This document shows, piece by piece, positions 17,485 to 27,923 of a DNA stretch of 64,000 nt. How positions within the stretch are numbered: the stretch's first letter is position 1; every line of letters starts with the position of its first letter. This stretch comes from Candidatus Saccharimonadota bacterium (GTDB lineage Bacteria; Patescibacteriota; Saccharimonadia; CAILAD01; GCA-016700035), in assembly GCA_046350755.1 (NCBI GenBank), contig JAXLZV010000001.1, positions 270,855 to 334,854 on the forward strand. Reading direction: 5' to 3'. Both the position numbers and the translations under genes were made by a program. The notes below the pieces were generated by a model. It worked only from the letters and a program-made list of their open reading frames with translations. It was not told the DNA's origin and did no database searches.

Positions 17485-19950
17485 TTACCTGACCGTCAGG
17501 GCTTCAGCCGCCTGCAAATCAACAGCGATAACCGTCGAAGCTGCCTTGGGTGTCGTTGTAATACCGTACAGCGCATCAGCACTCAGCATCGTCTCGTGAT
17601 TATGGGTGATCACCAAGAGCTGCGAGTGACGCGCTAACTGCTTGAGCGTCTCCGTAAAGAGTTGAGCATTCGCATCATCAAGCGCGGCATCAACCTCATC
17701 GAGAACTACAAACGGGCTTGGATTGACCGACAGTATCGCGGCTAGCAGCGCAATCGCCGCGAGAGCCCGCTCACCGCCCGAGAGCGAGCTGAGTAACTCT
17801 ACTCGCTTACCCGGTGGTTTGGCGGTAATCTCGATGCCATATTCATCATCCTCATACCGGGTCAGCTCCAAGGCAGCGGTACCACCTCGAAAGAGCCGGG
17901 CAAATTGCTTAGCGTACTCAGCATTAATCCGCGCAAAATTCTTCTCAAACGTAGTTTGGATCCGACGCTCGAGCTCAGTCAACACTTTACGTAGATTCTT
18001 GACTCCCACTTCCATATCAGTGGCTTGAGCCTCGAGATAGCTCACTCGATCGGCAAGTTCAGTATGGGCTTGGACTAGCGCCTCATCGACTTCGCCAATT
18101 ACCTCGATTTCGGCTTCAACTCGGGTAATATCACGCTCATCAACTACTTCCACCTGATCGCTGGCTCGTGCGGCGACGTGCCAAGCCGCCGCCTGATCAC
18201 GCAGCGCTTGCTCAGCCCGCTCGTTCTCCTGAAACGCGTTTTCTAAACCAGCCAACTCCGCCTGAGCGTCCTCCACTACGCGCGCGGCAGCATCAACCGC
18301 ATGCGCCAAGGCCACCTGCTCATCGGTAGTCCCACCAGCCGTGAGCTCCGTTAGCTCAGCGCGCAGTGTCACTGCCTGGCCATCAAGGGCATCGCGACGC
18401 TTCGTGAGTCCTCGCAGCTCGGCCACGTGTTTGCTGCGCTCCTGGGGCGAATCCTGGTGGGCCTCACGAGTTTCAGCGAGTCGAGCTTGCAGCTCAATCT
18501 CCTCGCGCTCGAGAGCATGAATGTCTAACTCAATCGACCGCACCTTAATAATTTCTGTCGTTTGCTGCTCAACGATGTCTTCGCGCCGAGCAATCTCACG
18601 GCTAATTTGCTGCTGCAATTTGGCAATTTCCAGCGGGACTGCCGTCAAGTCGGATTCACTGGCTAGCTTTACCGAACGAATCAACTTGTGTAGAGCTAGA
18701 CGCATCGCCGCCGGCTGTAACGGCTTATCGGACTGCAAATCCTGAACCAGCAGACGAGCTAACCCCAGCGCTTGCGCTAAATACGAATTCCGCTGATTTG
18801 AACGTAGTTTGGCACGTAAGCGTGTCAGCTGCTTCGTAAAGCCTTCAATATTCTTGTTATGGGCGGCGATCCGATCGGCGTATTGCTCACTGGCCGCAAC
18901 TTGCTTAATGAGTTTTTTCCGAAACTCCGCCAACCGACTGTCAATTTGCTTGAGCTGATCCTTTAGCTCCACCGGGCGGGTGCCTTGCTGGCGCTGGAGC
19001 TGGTCCAGCATCTGCAGCTGAGCTTGGATGGTGGCGATTTGTTCGGCGAGTGCCGTCCGTTCGCTATCGATCTGGCTCAATTGCTCGAGCAGCTGGGCTT
19101 GTTTGGCGGAGTTATCAGCCGAGCTGCTCGCTAAAGCCTGAGCCTCGGCCTGGCGCTGTTTCAAGGTTTTCTCTGACTGACGTAATTTCTGCTGCCACTC
19201 TTTTTGGCTCTGCTTGGCAGCCGCCCGATCAGTCCGTAAGCGCTGCAGCTGGCTGCCAATATATTGTGATCGCAAGGCTCGCAGTTGCGCCGTTAGCTGA
19301 GCATGCCGGGCCAAGCGATCGACTTGCAGCGCCAGGGCATCCCGCTCAGGCATCAATTGACCTACCTCATCGCGCAAAGCCGTAGCGCGCTCCTCAGCTC
19401 GAGCCAACTTACGCAGCGTATCGGCTCGCTCAAGCTCAAAAGCTCGAATGCCACTTGCCTCTTCGAACAATAGTTTACGTTCTGCCGGACTGGCGATAAT
19501 TAACGAATCAATCATACCCTGACCAATCACCGTGTAACTAGAGGCACCGAAGCCCGCCTGTGCGAGAATCTTCATCAGATCCTTCACTAAGACTTTGCGT
19601 CCGCCTAGGCGATATTCAGTTTCACCTGACCGATAGAGTCGACGCGAGACGATCAGTTGATCAACGCCGAGTTCAGTCTCGCCAGTCTTACCTTCCAGGG
19701 TCATAACTACTTCAGCCATACTGGCCTTGGCTTTGCCGCCCTCACTACCGGAGTAAATTAGCTCTTCACTCTTGCGTGCCCGCAGGTCACGACTATTTTG
19801 CGCGCCCAAAACCCACTGAATGGCTTCGGCCACATTGCTCTTGCCGGAGCCATTCGGACCGACAATCGCCACCACGCCGGGCTTAAAATCAAACTTCACC
19901 CGGCCGGCAAACGATTTAAAGCCGGCGATTTCTAAACGGCGCAAATACAA
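17485..19950 (-). CDS. smc: SMC-family chromosome segregation ATPase (compact, 821 aa, reduced hinge)
   Basis: N-terminal Walker A ([10 protein letters not shown]), long coiled-coil, C-terminal ABC signature [14 protein letters not shown] and Walker [11 protein letters not shown]. It is shorter than canonical ~1150-aa SMC, with only a vestigial hinge-like segment ([16 protein letters not shown]). Confidence 0.7.
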   Translation of the reverse strand: MYLRRLEIAGFKSFAGRVKFDFKPGVVAIVGPNGSGKSNVAEAIQWVLGAQNSRDLRARKSEELIYSGSEGGKAKASMAEVVMTLEGKTGETELGVDQLIVSRRLYRSGETEYRLGGRKVLVKDLMKILAQAGFGASSYTVIGQGMIDSLIIASPAERKLLFEEASGIRAFELERADTLRKLARAEERATALRDEVGQLMPERDALALQVDRLARHAQLTAQLRALRSQYIGSQLQRLRTDRAAAKQSQKEWQQKLRQSEKTLKQRQAEAQALASSSADNSAKQAQLLEQLSQIDSERTALAEQIATIQAQLQMLDQLQRQQGTRPVELKDQLKQIDSRLAEFRKKLIKQVAASEQYADRIAAHNKNIEGFTKQLTRLRAKLRSNQRNSYLAQALGLARLLVQDLQSDKPLQPAAMRLALHKLIRSVKLASESDLTAVPLEIAKLQQQISREIARREDIVEQQTTEIIKVRSIELDIHALEREEIELQARLAETREAHQDSPQERSKHVAELRGLTKRRDALDGQAVTLRAELTELTAGGTTDEQVALAHAVDAAARVVEDAQAELAGLENAFQENERAEQALRDQAAAWHVAARASDQVEVVDERDITRVEAEIEVIGEVDEALVQAHTELADRVSYLEAQATDMEVGVKNLRKVLTELERRIQTTFEKNFARINAEYAKQFARLFRGGTAALELTRYEDDEYGIEITAKPPGKRVELLSSLSGGERALAAIALLAAILSVNPSPFVVLDEVDAALDDANAQLFTETLKQLARHSQLLVITHNHETMLSADALYGITTTPKAASTVIAVDLQAAEALTVR

Positions 19951-20011
19951 TAACTCACCCTCATTAGTACTTACGCTCTATTGTACGGCTACCTGGAGGC
20001 CAGGAGCAAGG

Positions 20012-20743
20012 CTAGGGCTGTCGCTCGATGTCATCCGGCTGCACCACGATGAGCCCAAGTTCAGCCCCAACTCGCACAACTGCCACTGGATGAACCGACT
20101 TATTTGCCACCACCTCATGATCACTGTCGGGATTAGCTTCGAACTCATGAGCCGGAAGTATATATAGCAAGCTATCCGTAAAAGGCACCTCTCCCCGCGC
20201 CATGGCTTCAGTCAGAGCTGGTGAGAACTCGACTGTCCGTCCATCTTCGCTGCGAAACGGTTTAAGGGCATAGGTCTGTCCCCCATTCGGGTTGGCGTCA
20301 CGAAAACGGTGCTCGATCAATGCATGAGTCAATCCACCTTTCAGGCGTGTAGTGGCATAAACCCGCTTGCGGCTTTCTTCTTGATGTGAATACTGTGGGT
20401 CGAGCGCATCCCATGCATCCACATCTGGCATTCCGGCATCACGACGGTATTCATTATCTTGCATACCGTGGTATACATATTTTCCCTCTAGATCGAGTAA
20501 CTTCAGTAAGCTATAGGTCTGCTCAGGATCACTCGATCTCAAATCAAGAACTGGATAACCGTGTTCACTCGTATCCGCATCTACTTTCTGGCCCGATTTG
20601 TGCTCCCATGCCTGGACTTTACCAAGTAGCTCTTGATAGCCTGACTGACGCTCGGCTAAAGTCCGTAAATCATCTTGAGTTTCTGCAGCCCCATCAAGCT
20701 TATTATCTGATACTTCTGGCTGCTGCCTGTCAGATTCCAGCAT
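20012..20743 (-). CDS. Hypothetical protein (243 aa) between rnc and smc
   Basis: Acidic N-terminus; no recognisable motif. Tightly packed with flanking genes. Confidence 0.35.
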   Translation of the reverse strand: MLESDRQQPEVSDNKLDGAAETQDDLRTLAERQSGYQELLGKVQAWEHKSGQKVDADTSEHGYPVLDLRSSDPEQTYSLLKLLDLEGKYVYHGMQDNEYRRDAGMPDVDAWDALDPQYSHQEESRKRVYATTRLKGGLTHALIEHRFRDANPNGGQTYALKPFRSEDGRTVEFSPALTEAMARGEVPFTDSLLYILPAHEFEANPDSDHEVVANKSVHPVAVVRVGAELGLIVVQPDDIERQP

Positions 20744-20749
20744 CAGAAA

Positions 20750-21457
20750 CTACCGCTTACGCGGCTTGTAGCTTTTGAGAGCTTCAGTCGCCGCCGCCTG
20801 CTGAGCGTTTTGTTTGGAGTTACCCTGACCTTTGCCACAGAGTTTGGTACCGATATACACACCGATCGTGAAAATTTTCTCGTGATCGGGGCCTTCTTCG
20901 CTCAAGAGCTCGTAGTGCGGGGTTACACCATCTTTCTCCTGCGCCAGTTCTTGGAAACGACTCTTGGCATCAATGTAGCTGCCATTTTCGAGAATTTGCT
21001 CAAGCTGAGAGATGATGTGCTTGGTAATAAACGCCGCCGCCGCATCGTAACCCTTATCCATATAGATCGCGCCGATAATCGCTTCAACCATGTTCGCCAG
21101 CAGCGCCATGCGGGTTCGACCACCGCTCTTGGCTTCACCGCGACTCATCAGCAGGTACTGACCAATATCAAGCCGTTCAGCCACATCCGCTAAACTCTCG
21201 GTTTTCACCAATGCGCTGCGCCAGGCCGTCATCTCCCCTTCGGGGTTATCAAAATTGCGGAACAAATAATCAGTCACGACGAGCTCAAGCACAGCATCAC
21301 CAAGAAATTCCAGACGCTCATTATGATTAATCTGGTGTTTCTTATGCTCGTTGATATAGCTGCGGTGAGTAAAGGCTTCACGATACAGCTCTTCGTTATC
21401 AAACTTAAGCTCAAGGATGGCTTCTATGGCCGCGCGGTCACGTAAAGTTATGGTCAT
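20750..21457 (-). CDS. rnc: Ribonuclease III
   Basis: ERLEFLGDAVLELVVTDYLF is the RNase III signature; a C-terminal dsRBD is present. Confidence 0.9.
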   Translation of the reverse strand: MTITLRDRAAIEAILELKFDNEELYREAFTHRSYINEHKKHQINHNERLEFLGDAVLELVVTDYLFRNFDNPEGEMTAWRSALVKTESLADVAERLDIGQYLLMSRGEAKSGGRTRMALLANMVEAIIGAIYMDKGYDAAAAFITKHIISQLEQILENGSYIDAKSRFQELAQEKDGVTPHYELLSEEGPDHEKIFTIGVYIGTKLCGKGQGNSKQNAQQAAATEALKSYKPRKR

Positions 21458-22140
21458 GCGAGTTGTCTCTGTTCGATTATAGCAAGCGAACGCTCCATCA
21501 GGTTCTTCAAATCCTTATATTCGAGCACTTGTTGGGCAGTTTTTGCCGGGAACCAGCGGGCGCCAACGATACCTTCACTTTCTTCGACGACGATTGGCTC
21601 TTCGGGGTCATTGGCTTCGATCAAAAATATATAGGTTGTCATAAAGATGAGCTTACCCTCAAAACGATAGAAAAAATGCACTTTATCAAGCTTTTCGTGA
21701 ATGCGCGTATTATGCAGACCAGTTTCTTCACCGATTTCGCGCAAGGCAGTTTGCTCCAATGTTTCGCCACTTTCGACGTGGCCTTTCGGAACACTCCAGC
21801 GCCCCTTGAGATCTTCGATTAAAAGAAACTCTACACCCTTATCGGTACTGCGAAAGACAACGCCACCGGCCGAGTATTCACGGACGGCTTTATTATTCTT
21901 TCGCCTGCCACCATCGCCGTTACGACCGCGCGTTTGTGAGCGCGGCTGCGTCTTTGGCGATTGAGCCTGATTAGTTGTCGGACGAGTGGCTGTCTGGGTC
22001 GGATTCGTGGTCGTCGACGCTATCGACTGAGTCGACTTGCGGCGGCGCGACCGGCGCCTTCCGTTGTGCAGGCGTTTTGGCTTTTTGGCCTGTGCTGGCT
22101 GACTGCTCTCGCTGGACTTTGTGGTCTTCGGTTGGGTCAT
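21454..22140 (-). CDS. NUDIX hydrolase with a basic low-complexity N-terminal region (start uncertain)
   Basis: Nudix box GHVESGETLEQTALREIGEETGL (Gx5Ex7REUxEExGU). The first ATG (22140) gives about 170 nt of overlap with nusB; the true start may be a non-ATG codon nearer 21970. Confidence 0.65.
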   Translation of the reverse strand: MTQPKTTKSSESSQPAQAKKPKRLHNGRRRSRRRKSTQSIASTTTNPTQTATRPTTNQAQSPKTQPRSQTRGRNGDGGRRKNNKAVREYSAGGVVFRSTDKGVEFLLIEDLKGRWSVPKGHVESGETLEQTALREIGEETGLHNTRIHEKLDKVHFFYRFEGKLIFMTTYIFLIEANDPEEPIVVEESEGIVGARWFPAKTAQQVLEYKDLKNLMERSLAIIEQRQLA

Positions 22141-22573
22141 AAAATTCGCTTTGTCGGTAAATGGTACCAAGCACACCGTTGATAAAACGGCTGGAGTTGT
22201 CACCACCGAAGCTCTTGGCGAGCTCGACGGCCTCATTGATCACTACCTTCGGTGGAACTTCACGCTTAATGTGAAGCTCGTAGATCGCCAGGCGCAAGAT
22301 CGCAAGATCCATCTTCGCAATTTGCTCGAGTGGCCACTCGGGCGCAGCTGGAGTAATCAGCGCGTCGGCCTCGGCCTGGTGCTTATGAGCGCCTTGCACG
22401 AGATCTCGTGTGAAGCTATCATCTTCCATCGTATCTTTATAGACTGCCAGATTGCGCTCGAGAATCTCGTCTAAATCTGCGGTCAAACCTTCAATACCCG
22501 AACGGGTACGAAACTCGTATTCGTAGAGCGTTTGCAGGGCAATGACGCGGGCTAGATGACGGTTGGAAGACAT
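21971..22573 (-). CDS. nusB: Transcription antitermination factor NusB with a C-terminal low-complexity extension
   Basis: ARVIALQTLYEYEF...AILRLAIYEL...INEAVELAKSFGGDNSSRFINGVLG matches NusB; an acidic Ser/Asp tail follows. Confidence 0.8.
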   Translation of the reverse strand: MSSNRHLARVIALQTLYEYEFRTRSGIEGLTADLDEILERNLAVYKDTMEDDSFTRDLVQGAHKHQAEADALITPAAPEWPLEQIAKMDLAILRLAIYELHIKREVPPKVVINEAVELAKSFGGDNSSRFINGVLGTIYRQSEFYDPTEDHKVQREQSASTGQKAKTPAQRKAPVAPPQVDSVDSVDDHESDPDSHSSDN

Positions 22574-22616
22574 GGTGTGGTGCGAGTGGTGACCTTAAAT
22601 GTGCTTATGTAATAGT

Positions 22617-22787
22617 TTAGCGTGTTGAGCCGATTCGCGCGACCCCTTTTTGGGCGGCTTTGTAGAGCCGGCGCGGGATTGTCAGGCCACTTTCTGGCTC
22701 GGTGATGAGCTGGGTGCTTTTGAGGGCATCGTGACTGCGGCGCTGACCTTTCGTGGCCTTCGACGTACGCTTCTTGGGTACTGCCAT
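22617..22787 (-). CDS. rpmF: 50S ribosomal protein L32 (bL32)
   Basis: MAVPKKRTSKATKGQRRSHDALK matches the bL32 N-terminal signature (MAVxxxKxSxxxxxxRRSHxAL). Start at the internal ATG at 22787 (~56 aa). Confidence 0.75.
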   Translation of the reverse strand: MAVPKKRTSKATKGQRRSHDALKSTQLITEPESGLTIPRRLYKAAQKGVARIGSTR

Positions 22788-23038
22788 ATTCCGATTCTCT
22801 CCTTGTGAAGTGAAATTAGTGGTATTCCACGCGTGCATGAAAACGTGCTGTTAGGTCGCAAAGTTAGGCCAGATAGCCTTCAAAACAAACTTTTTGTCCG
22901 TTAATGCATTCGCATGTTCCGGGTAATTGTAACAGATTAGAGGAGGATTGGCAAGGGTGATAATTGAAAAAAGAACGCCCGCGCTCTCTACCTCCGAAGA
23001 AGTAGAAATACGCGGACGTGAGCGGTCGACCAGCTAGG

Positions 23039-23608
23039 TCAGCCGCCAGCAGGGGGAGAATCCGACGCTTCGGCGTAGGCCTTGGTGAGACGCTGGATCT
23101 CCGACGAGGCCTTACTGACCTCGATGGCCCCGGGTTCCCCCGACTTGGCCGGCACGGCGAAGAACTCGCCAGGTGCCAACTGGGTGCCGGTGGTGGCGGT
23201 GAGGAGCCGTGAAAGTCGCAGCCACTCGGCCTGATAGCGCGCCAGCTCGAGAGCCTTGGCGTCATCGCTGAGCTTGTCCTCACGGATGCGAGTCTCGAGC
23301 AGCGTGTTCGGGAACACCGCGAGTGCGGCAGTCTCGAGCGTGTCGCCCTGGCGTGCCTGAAGGATGATCGTGTGGTCGTAGACCGCACTGATGTCCTCGG
23401 CATGCTTCACCTCGCTGGGACGTCCATCGATGAAGAAGATGAACATCACGGCCGTGAAGACGATGAGCGCGAGAACGATCAGCCCTCGCCACAGCTTGCC
23501 GGAACGAGGGGTGTCCTCAATCGGCTGCGCACGGCTCTTGAGCGGCGACTTGCCGGAAGTCGACCCACCCTTGCTGGGGGCGGGAGGATCTTGTGTGACG
23601 GACGACAT
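23039..23608 (-). CDS. Membrane-anchored hypothetical protein encoded in a conspicuously high-GC patch
   Basis: 189 aa: Ser/Pro-rich N-terminus, one TM (LIVLALIVFTAVMFIFFI), then an extracytoplasmic domain. I hand-counted 68 G/C in the first 100 nt of its sequence, versus about 52 in leuS. Confidence 0.45.
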   Translation of the reverse strand: MSSVTQDPPAPSKGGSTSGKSPLKSRAQPIEDTPRSGKLWRGLIVLALIVFTAVMFIFFIDGRPSEVKHAEDISAVYDHTIILQARQGDTLETAALAVFPNTLLETRIREDKLSDDAKALELARYQAEWLRLSRLLTATTGTQLAPGEFFAVPAKSGEPGAIEVSKASSEIQRLTKAYAEASDSPPAGG

Positions 23609-23697
23609 GGCGTCCCCTTTCGTGCAGGTTCATGCGGAGGTGCAAGACCAAATTGTTATACCATAACACTGAAATAAAATCAATAGCTTCGCTGAAG

Positions 23698-26133
23698 CTA
23701 ATCAGTCACAACAAAATTTACCAATCGGTCAGGTACCGTGATGACCTTGATAATTCTCAGCCCCTGGGTCCAGCCGTGCTGATCATCCTGTCGCCGAGCC
23801 TCTTCTTCAAGGGCGCCTGGCAGTTTGCCGGCCTCGTAAACAAACTCACCGCGCAACTTACCATTCACCTGGACAGCAATAGTTACCACACTTTCAGCGG
23901 CCAATTTTTCTTGATAAGTAGGCCAGCGCTCTAGGTGCACGCTTTCGGTCTGCCCTAAAGCCTGCCATATTTCCTCAGCGGCGTGCGGCGCAAACGGCGC
24001 AAACACGCGTGCAAACGTCAGTGCTGCCGCTTGCCACTCATCAGGCTCAATCACACCCTCTCGACTATCTATGGCAGCTTGATTCACAAATTCCATCATC
24101 GCCGAAATCGCCGTATTAAACTTAGCCGCCGACAAATCATCACCGACTTTGCGCACCAAGCGATGTAGGCTGCCCGTCAAGGCCGCTCCCCGGGCCGCAT
24201 CAAGCTGAGCCGGCGTATACGGGCTCCCAAAAGTTGCAACGGCCTTCAGCATAAACCTATAGGTACCTTCAAAGCGGCGCGGATCCCATGGGCCACCGTC
24301 TTCCCAAGGCCCCATGAACATCAGGTACAACCGGACAGCATCAGCGCCATATTTCTCAACATACTGCTCCGGATTGACCACATTCCCTTTCGACTTACTC
24401 ATCTTATTGCCATCCGGCCCCAAAATCATGCCCTGATTGATGAGCTTCGTGAACGGCTCCTCGAACTGAATAAGCTTCTGATCATGCAAGAATTTCGTCA
24501 CAAAGCGGGCGTACAACAGGTGTAGAATCGCATGTTCAACACCCCCCATATAACGATCAACTGGCAACCATGTCTTCACCGCTTCGGGATCAAACGGCCC
24601 TTTATCATAGCTAGGGTTAGGATAGCGTAAGAAGTACCAGCTCGAATCAACAAATGTATCCATCGTATCGGTCTCACGGCGGGCTTTGGCAGAGCCACAT
24701 TGCGGGCAATCGACGCGCACGAAATCCGGATGCGTCAGCAGTGGCGACCGACCAGTTTTATCAAAGGCTTGACCAGTTGGCAGAATAACCGGCAGATCCG
24801 ATTCGGCTACCGGTACAACGCCACACTCTTCACAATAAATCATTGGGATCGGAGCCCCCCAATAACGTTGACGGGATATCAGCCAATCACGCAAACGATA
24901 ATTGATCGTCGCTTGGCCGAGTTTGGCTTGCTGTAACCAGGCAATAATATCTTGCTGAGCTTGTTTAACCGACAAGCTATCAAACTGTCCGGAATTCACC
25001 AGTCGACCGCCACCAACGTAGGCAGCTTCGTGTACGTCACCACCAGAAATCACTTCAACGATCGGTAAATCATACTTCTTGGCAAAGGCCCAATCTCGCT
25101 CATCATGCGCTGGTACCGCCATGATGGCCCCCGTACCATAACCCATCAGCACATAATCGGCGATCCAAACCGGCACCTTCTGCCCACTGGCTGGATTCAC
25201 CACATAACTACCGGTGAAAACGCCCGTCTTTTCTTTGGCTTCCATGCGCGCTACGTCAGTTCGGGTGCCAGCCCATTCGACATACTGTTCGACCGCCAGT
25301 TGCTGGTCTTGGGTAGTTAACTCAGCAACGAGCGGATGCTCTGGCGCAATTACCATGAAAGTTGCCCCAAATACCGTATCGGGACGAGTCGTAAAAACCT
25401 CAAGGGTATGTTTGGTCGCACCATACACCTTAAACATCAGCTTGGCACCCTCGCTGCGCCCTATCCAATTGCGCTGCTGTTGCTTGACGCGCTCAGGCCA
25501 ATCGAGCTGATCAAGATCATTCAAGAGCCGATCAGCGTAATCGGTAATCGTAAAATACCACTGCTTGAGCTTCTTGCGCTCGACAGTTGTTCCGCAGCGC
25601 TCACACTCACCATGTACGACCTGCTCGTTAGCGAGCACAGTTTGACAGCTTGGACACCAATTAACGAGGCCATCCCGATGCACCGCCTTGCCGGCCTTAT
25701 AGAGCTGCAAAAATAACCACTGCGTCCAGCGATAATACTCAGGACTCGAGGTATTAATCTCACGCTCTAGATCATACATACCGCCCATACGTACATACTC
25801 GTCATGAAAGTTGGCGACGTTCTTGGCGGTCCATTCATCGGCTGGGATACCATTCTTGATGGCGGCATTTTCCGCCGGCAGACCAAAAGCATCGTACCCA
25901 AGTGGCTGCAAGACATCCCGACCACGCATCCGGGCAAATCGGCCCAGGGTATCAGCCGGAGCAAAATTATACCAGTGACCAACATGCAAATTGCCCGATG
26001 GGTACGGGAACATCACGAGATTATAATAGGGATCTTTCGGCGCCGTCGGCGTCTTGTAAATTCCCGTCTTCGCCCAAACCGCCTGCCATTTTGGCTCGGC
26101 AATATTCGGGTCGTATTTCTGTCCATCACTCAT
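23698..26133 (-). CDS. leuS: Leucyl-tRNA synthetase
   Basis: 811 aa; HVGHWYNF (HIGH), KMSKS (KMSKSKGN), CP1 editing domain and zinc-finger Cys clusters. Confidence 0.95.
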   Translation of the reverse strand: MSDGQKYDPNIAEPKWQAVWAKTGIYKTPTAPKDPYYNLVMFPYPSGNLHVGHWYNFAPADTLGRFARMRGRDVLQPLGYDAFGLPAENAAIKNGIPADEWTAKNVANFHDEYVRMGGMYDLEREINTSSPEYYRWTQWLFLQLYKAGKAVHRDGLVNWCPSCQTVLANEQVVHGECERCGTTVERKKLKQWYFTITDYADRLLNDLDQLDWPERVKQQQRNWIGRSEGAKLMFKVYGATKHTLEVFTTRPDTVFGATFMVIAPEHPLVAELTTQDQQLAVEQYVEWAGTRTDVARMEAKEKTGVFTGSYVVNPASGQKVPVWIADYVLMGYGTGAIMAVPAHDERDWAFAKKYDLPIVEVISGGDVHEAAYVGGGRLVNSGQFDSLSVKQAQQDIIAWLQQAKLGQATINYRLRDWLISRQRYWGAPIPMIYCEECGVVPVAESDLPVILPTGQAFDKTGRSPLLTHPDFVRVDCPQCGSAKARRETDTMDTFVDSSWYFLRYPNPSYDKGPFDPEAVKTWLPVDRYMGGVEHAILHLLYARFVTKFLHDQKLIQFEEPFTKLINQGMILGPDGNKMSKSKGNVVNPEQYVEKYGADAVRLYLMFMGPWEDGGPWDPRRFEGTYRFMLKAVATFGSPYTPAQLDAARGAALTGSLHRLVRKVGDDLSAAKFNTAISAMMEFVNQAAIDSREGVIEPDEWQAAALTFARVFAPFAPHAAEEIWQALGQTESVHLERWPTYQEKLAAESVVTIAVQVNGKLRGEFVYEAGKLPGALEEEARRQDDQHGWTQGLRIIKVITVPDRLVNFVVTD

Positions 26134-26272
26134 GCGCGTATTATACCCGATTATCAGGAGTGAAGCGATCTGGGTGGGTCGTTATTGTACTGGCGCGCGA
26201 TACCAACCGGCTGCAAATAAGCTCGCAGATTACTGACTAGTCACGAAGTTGTCGAACGTAATTCTTTCCGGT

Positions 26273-27886
26273 TTACTTACACACACCATACCAAGTACAG
26301 GTGGTACTTATGGTGAGTTGGATAGCATCCCCAGCATTGCGCCCATCAGCAGTCAGTGGCTGAATGTAGATTTTCTGCTGACCCGTCGCGAGGTGCCAGA
26401 TAGTCGTGCTGGTAGTGGTGGTTGTACGATCAAAGCCGCTATTGACACGGACCCGGTATTTAACTGCCCCCTCAACTGGCTGCCAGCTTACCAGTGAGCG
26501 ATTAATAAAGAGAAATGAGCCTACTACCGAGCTACTAATTGCTGCCTTCTGGCTACCAGCAGTTCGACGCGATTTAAGATCAACACTATCGTTGAACGAA
26601 GGGGTAGCAGTCGGAGTGGCCGATGGCGATGCTTGAGCAGCCTCACCTGTCCTGCTCGAACCGCTCGTGCTAGGCTGAGCAGCCTTCGGATTGGTGGGTG
26701 TAACGGTGCGACTAGTTGGCGTACTATTGGCGGCCGCACTGGTGCCATTTGTGCCGGGTCCGGTGGGGGCGGGTGCAATTGGAACTGGTGCCACAGGCGG
26801 CACAGTTGATGCTGTATTGCCCCAACTGTAGGCTTTTGTGCCATCAGTATTCCATTGTGGCTGAATCATCTTAATTCGATCCCATGGTATATGCGTCATG
26901 CTCGAATAATCGCCAGCTGGTAATCCCGCCCGCGTATAAACATTGCGGCCAGTCCGGTCAAATTCCATGCCAAAGCCAAAGGTGAGCGAGGTGTCGTTGG
27001 CGTAAGCACCATATTTCTGCAGAGCTTTCGCCACCATCTTCTCAAAAGCCGTAATGCCTGGGAGTGCATCGACATTGACCGCAGGATCAAGCTGTATGCG
27101 CGAACCTATCGGCATGCAGGTCGATTGATTTGTAGTTACTCCATCACTATAAAGTGCCGGGTAGAAAGGAACTCCCTGGCAAGTGGTACCAGTGGCGAAG
27201 GTCAGCGCGTGATCAATCACGCCAGCTTCCACCTCATAGGTACGGATCATCCCTCCGGCTAGTCCAGCTACGTTTGTTCCGCCACCAACACCATTACCGT
27301 CCAAGCTCGCAATACCGGCTGATGCCGGGCAGTAATTCGCATTCACAAAATTCACAACCCACGAGCAATCCTTCCATATCCAATAATCATAAACTTTGCG
27401 GGTACTATGATCGATGATGGTGACATGACCATCACTCCCCTGTTGACCGTACACACCATAAGGGATCGGGACGAGTGTATTGGTGATCTCATCGCAGGTG
27501 TAGACATAGCAAAAGACCTTAACTTTCGGCGAGCTTCCATCCACATCAAATACTGGCACTGACCAAGTTAGTTGGGAAAGATTGGCGGGCGGACCTGCGG
27601 CCTGTATGCGAGTCTGTCCATCAGCGCGATATTGCACATCGGCAGGAATTGCCTGATTGAGTGGTGAATCTGCCGAAAACAACCGACCTGCTTGGGCGCC
27701 AGTTGCAGGATTCCACGTATAGGTTGCCGAACCGGCCCGGGAAGTAAGCACAAGTGAACCGACTAGCAATGCCAACACTATGCATATCAACGCCGTAAGT
27801 GCACGAAAGCGCGGAATTGGAATTTTTTTACGACTGGCTGGGACTGGCTGGGACTTTTTTGGTAAAGTTTGGCGACTTGCCCTCAT
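26273..27886 (-). CDS. Large membrane-anchored secreted protein of unknown function (Cys-rich central domain, Pro/Thr linker, C-terminal FN3-like domain)
   Basis: 537 aa; N-terminal TM anchor; PVAPVPIAPAPTGPG linker; C-terminal W.PVEGAVKYRV pattern typical of fibronectin-III-like domains. Confidence 0.4.
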   Translation of the reverse strand: MRASRQTLPKKSQPVPASRKKIPIPRFRALTALICIVLALLVGSLVLTSRAGSATYTWNPATGAQAGRLFSADSPLNQAIPADVQYRADGQTRIQAAGPPANLSQLTWSVPVFDVDGSSPKVKVFCYVYTCDEITNTLVPIPYGVYGQQGSDGHVTIIDHSTRKVYDYWIWKDCSWVVNFVNANYCPASAGIASLDGNGVGGGTNVAGLAGGMIRTYEVEAGVIDHALTFATGTTCQGVPFYPALYSDGVTTNQSTCMPIGSRIQLDPAVNVDALPGITAFEKMVAKALQKYGAYANDTSLTFGFGMEFDRTGRNVYTRAGLPAGDYSSMTHIPWDRIKMIQPQWNTDGTKAYSWGNTASTVPPVAPVPIAPAPTGPGTNGTSAAANSTPTSRTVTPTNPKAAQPSTSGSSRTGEAAQASPSATPTATPSFNDSVDLKSRRTAGSQKAAISSSVVGSFLFINRSLVSWQPVEGAVKYRVRVNSGFDRTTTTTSTTIWHLATGQQKIYIQPLTADGRNAGDAIQLTISTTCTWYGVCK

Positions 27887-27923
27887 AGCCCTTATGCTAC
27901 CCGAAACAGATCACTTACGCCAG

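Noticed and set aside
22864-23403. 179-aa minus-strand ORF (Arg/Ser/Pro-rich) in the GC-rich patch
   Set aside because: An alternative frame of the GC-rich segment. The overlapping ORF 23039..23608 has a coherent TM plus domain architecture, whereas this one is low-complexity RSP-rich.
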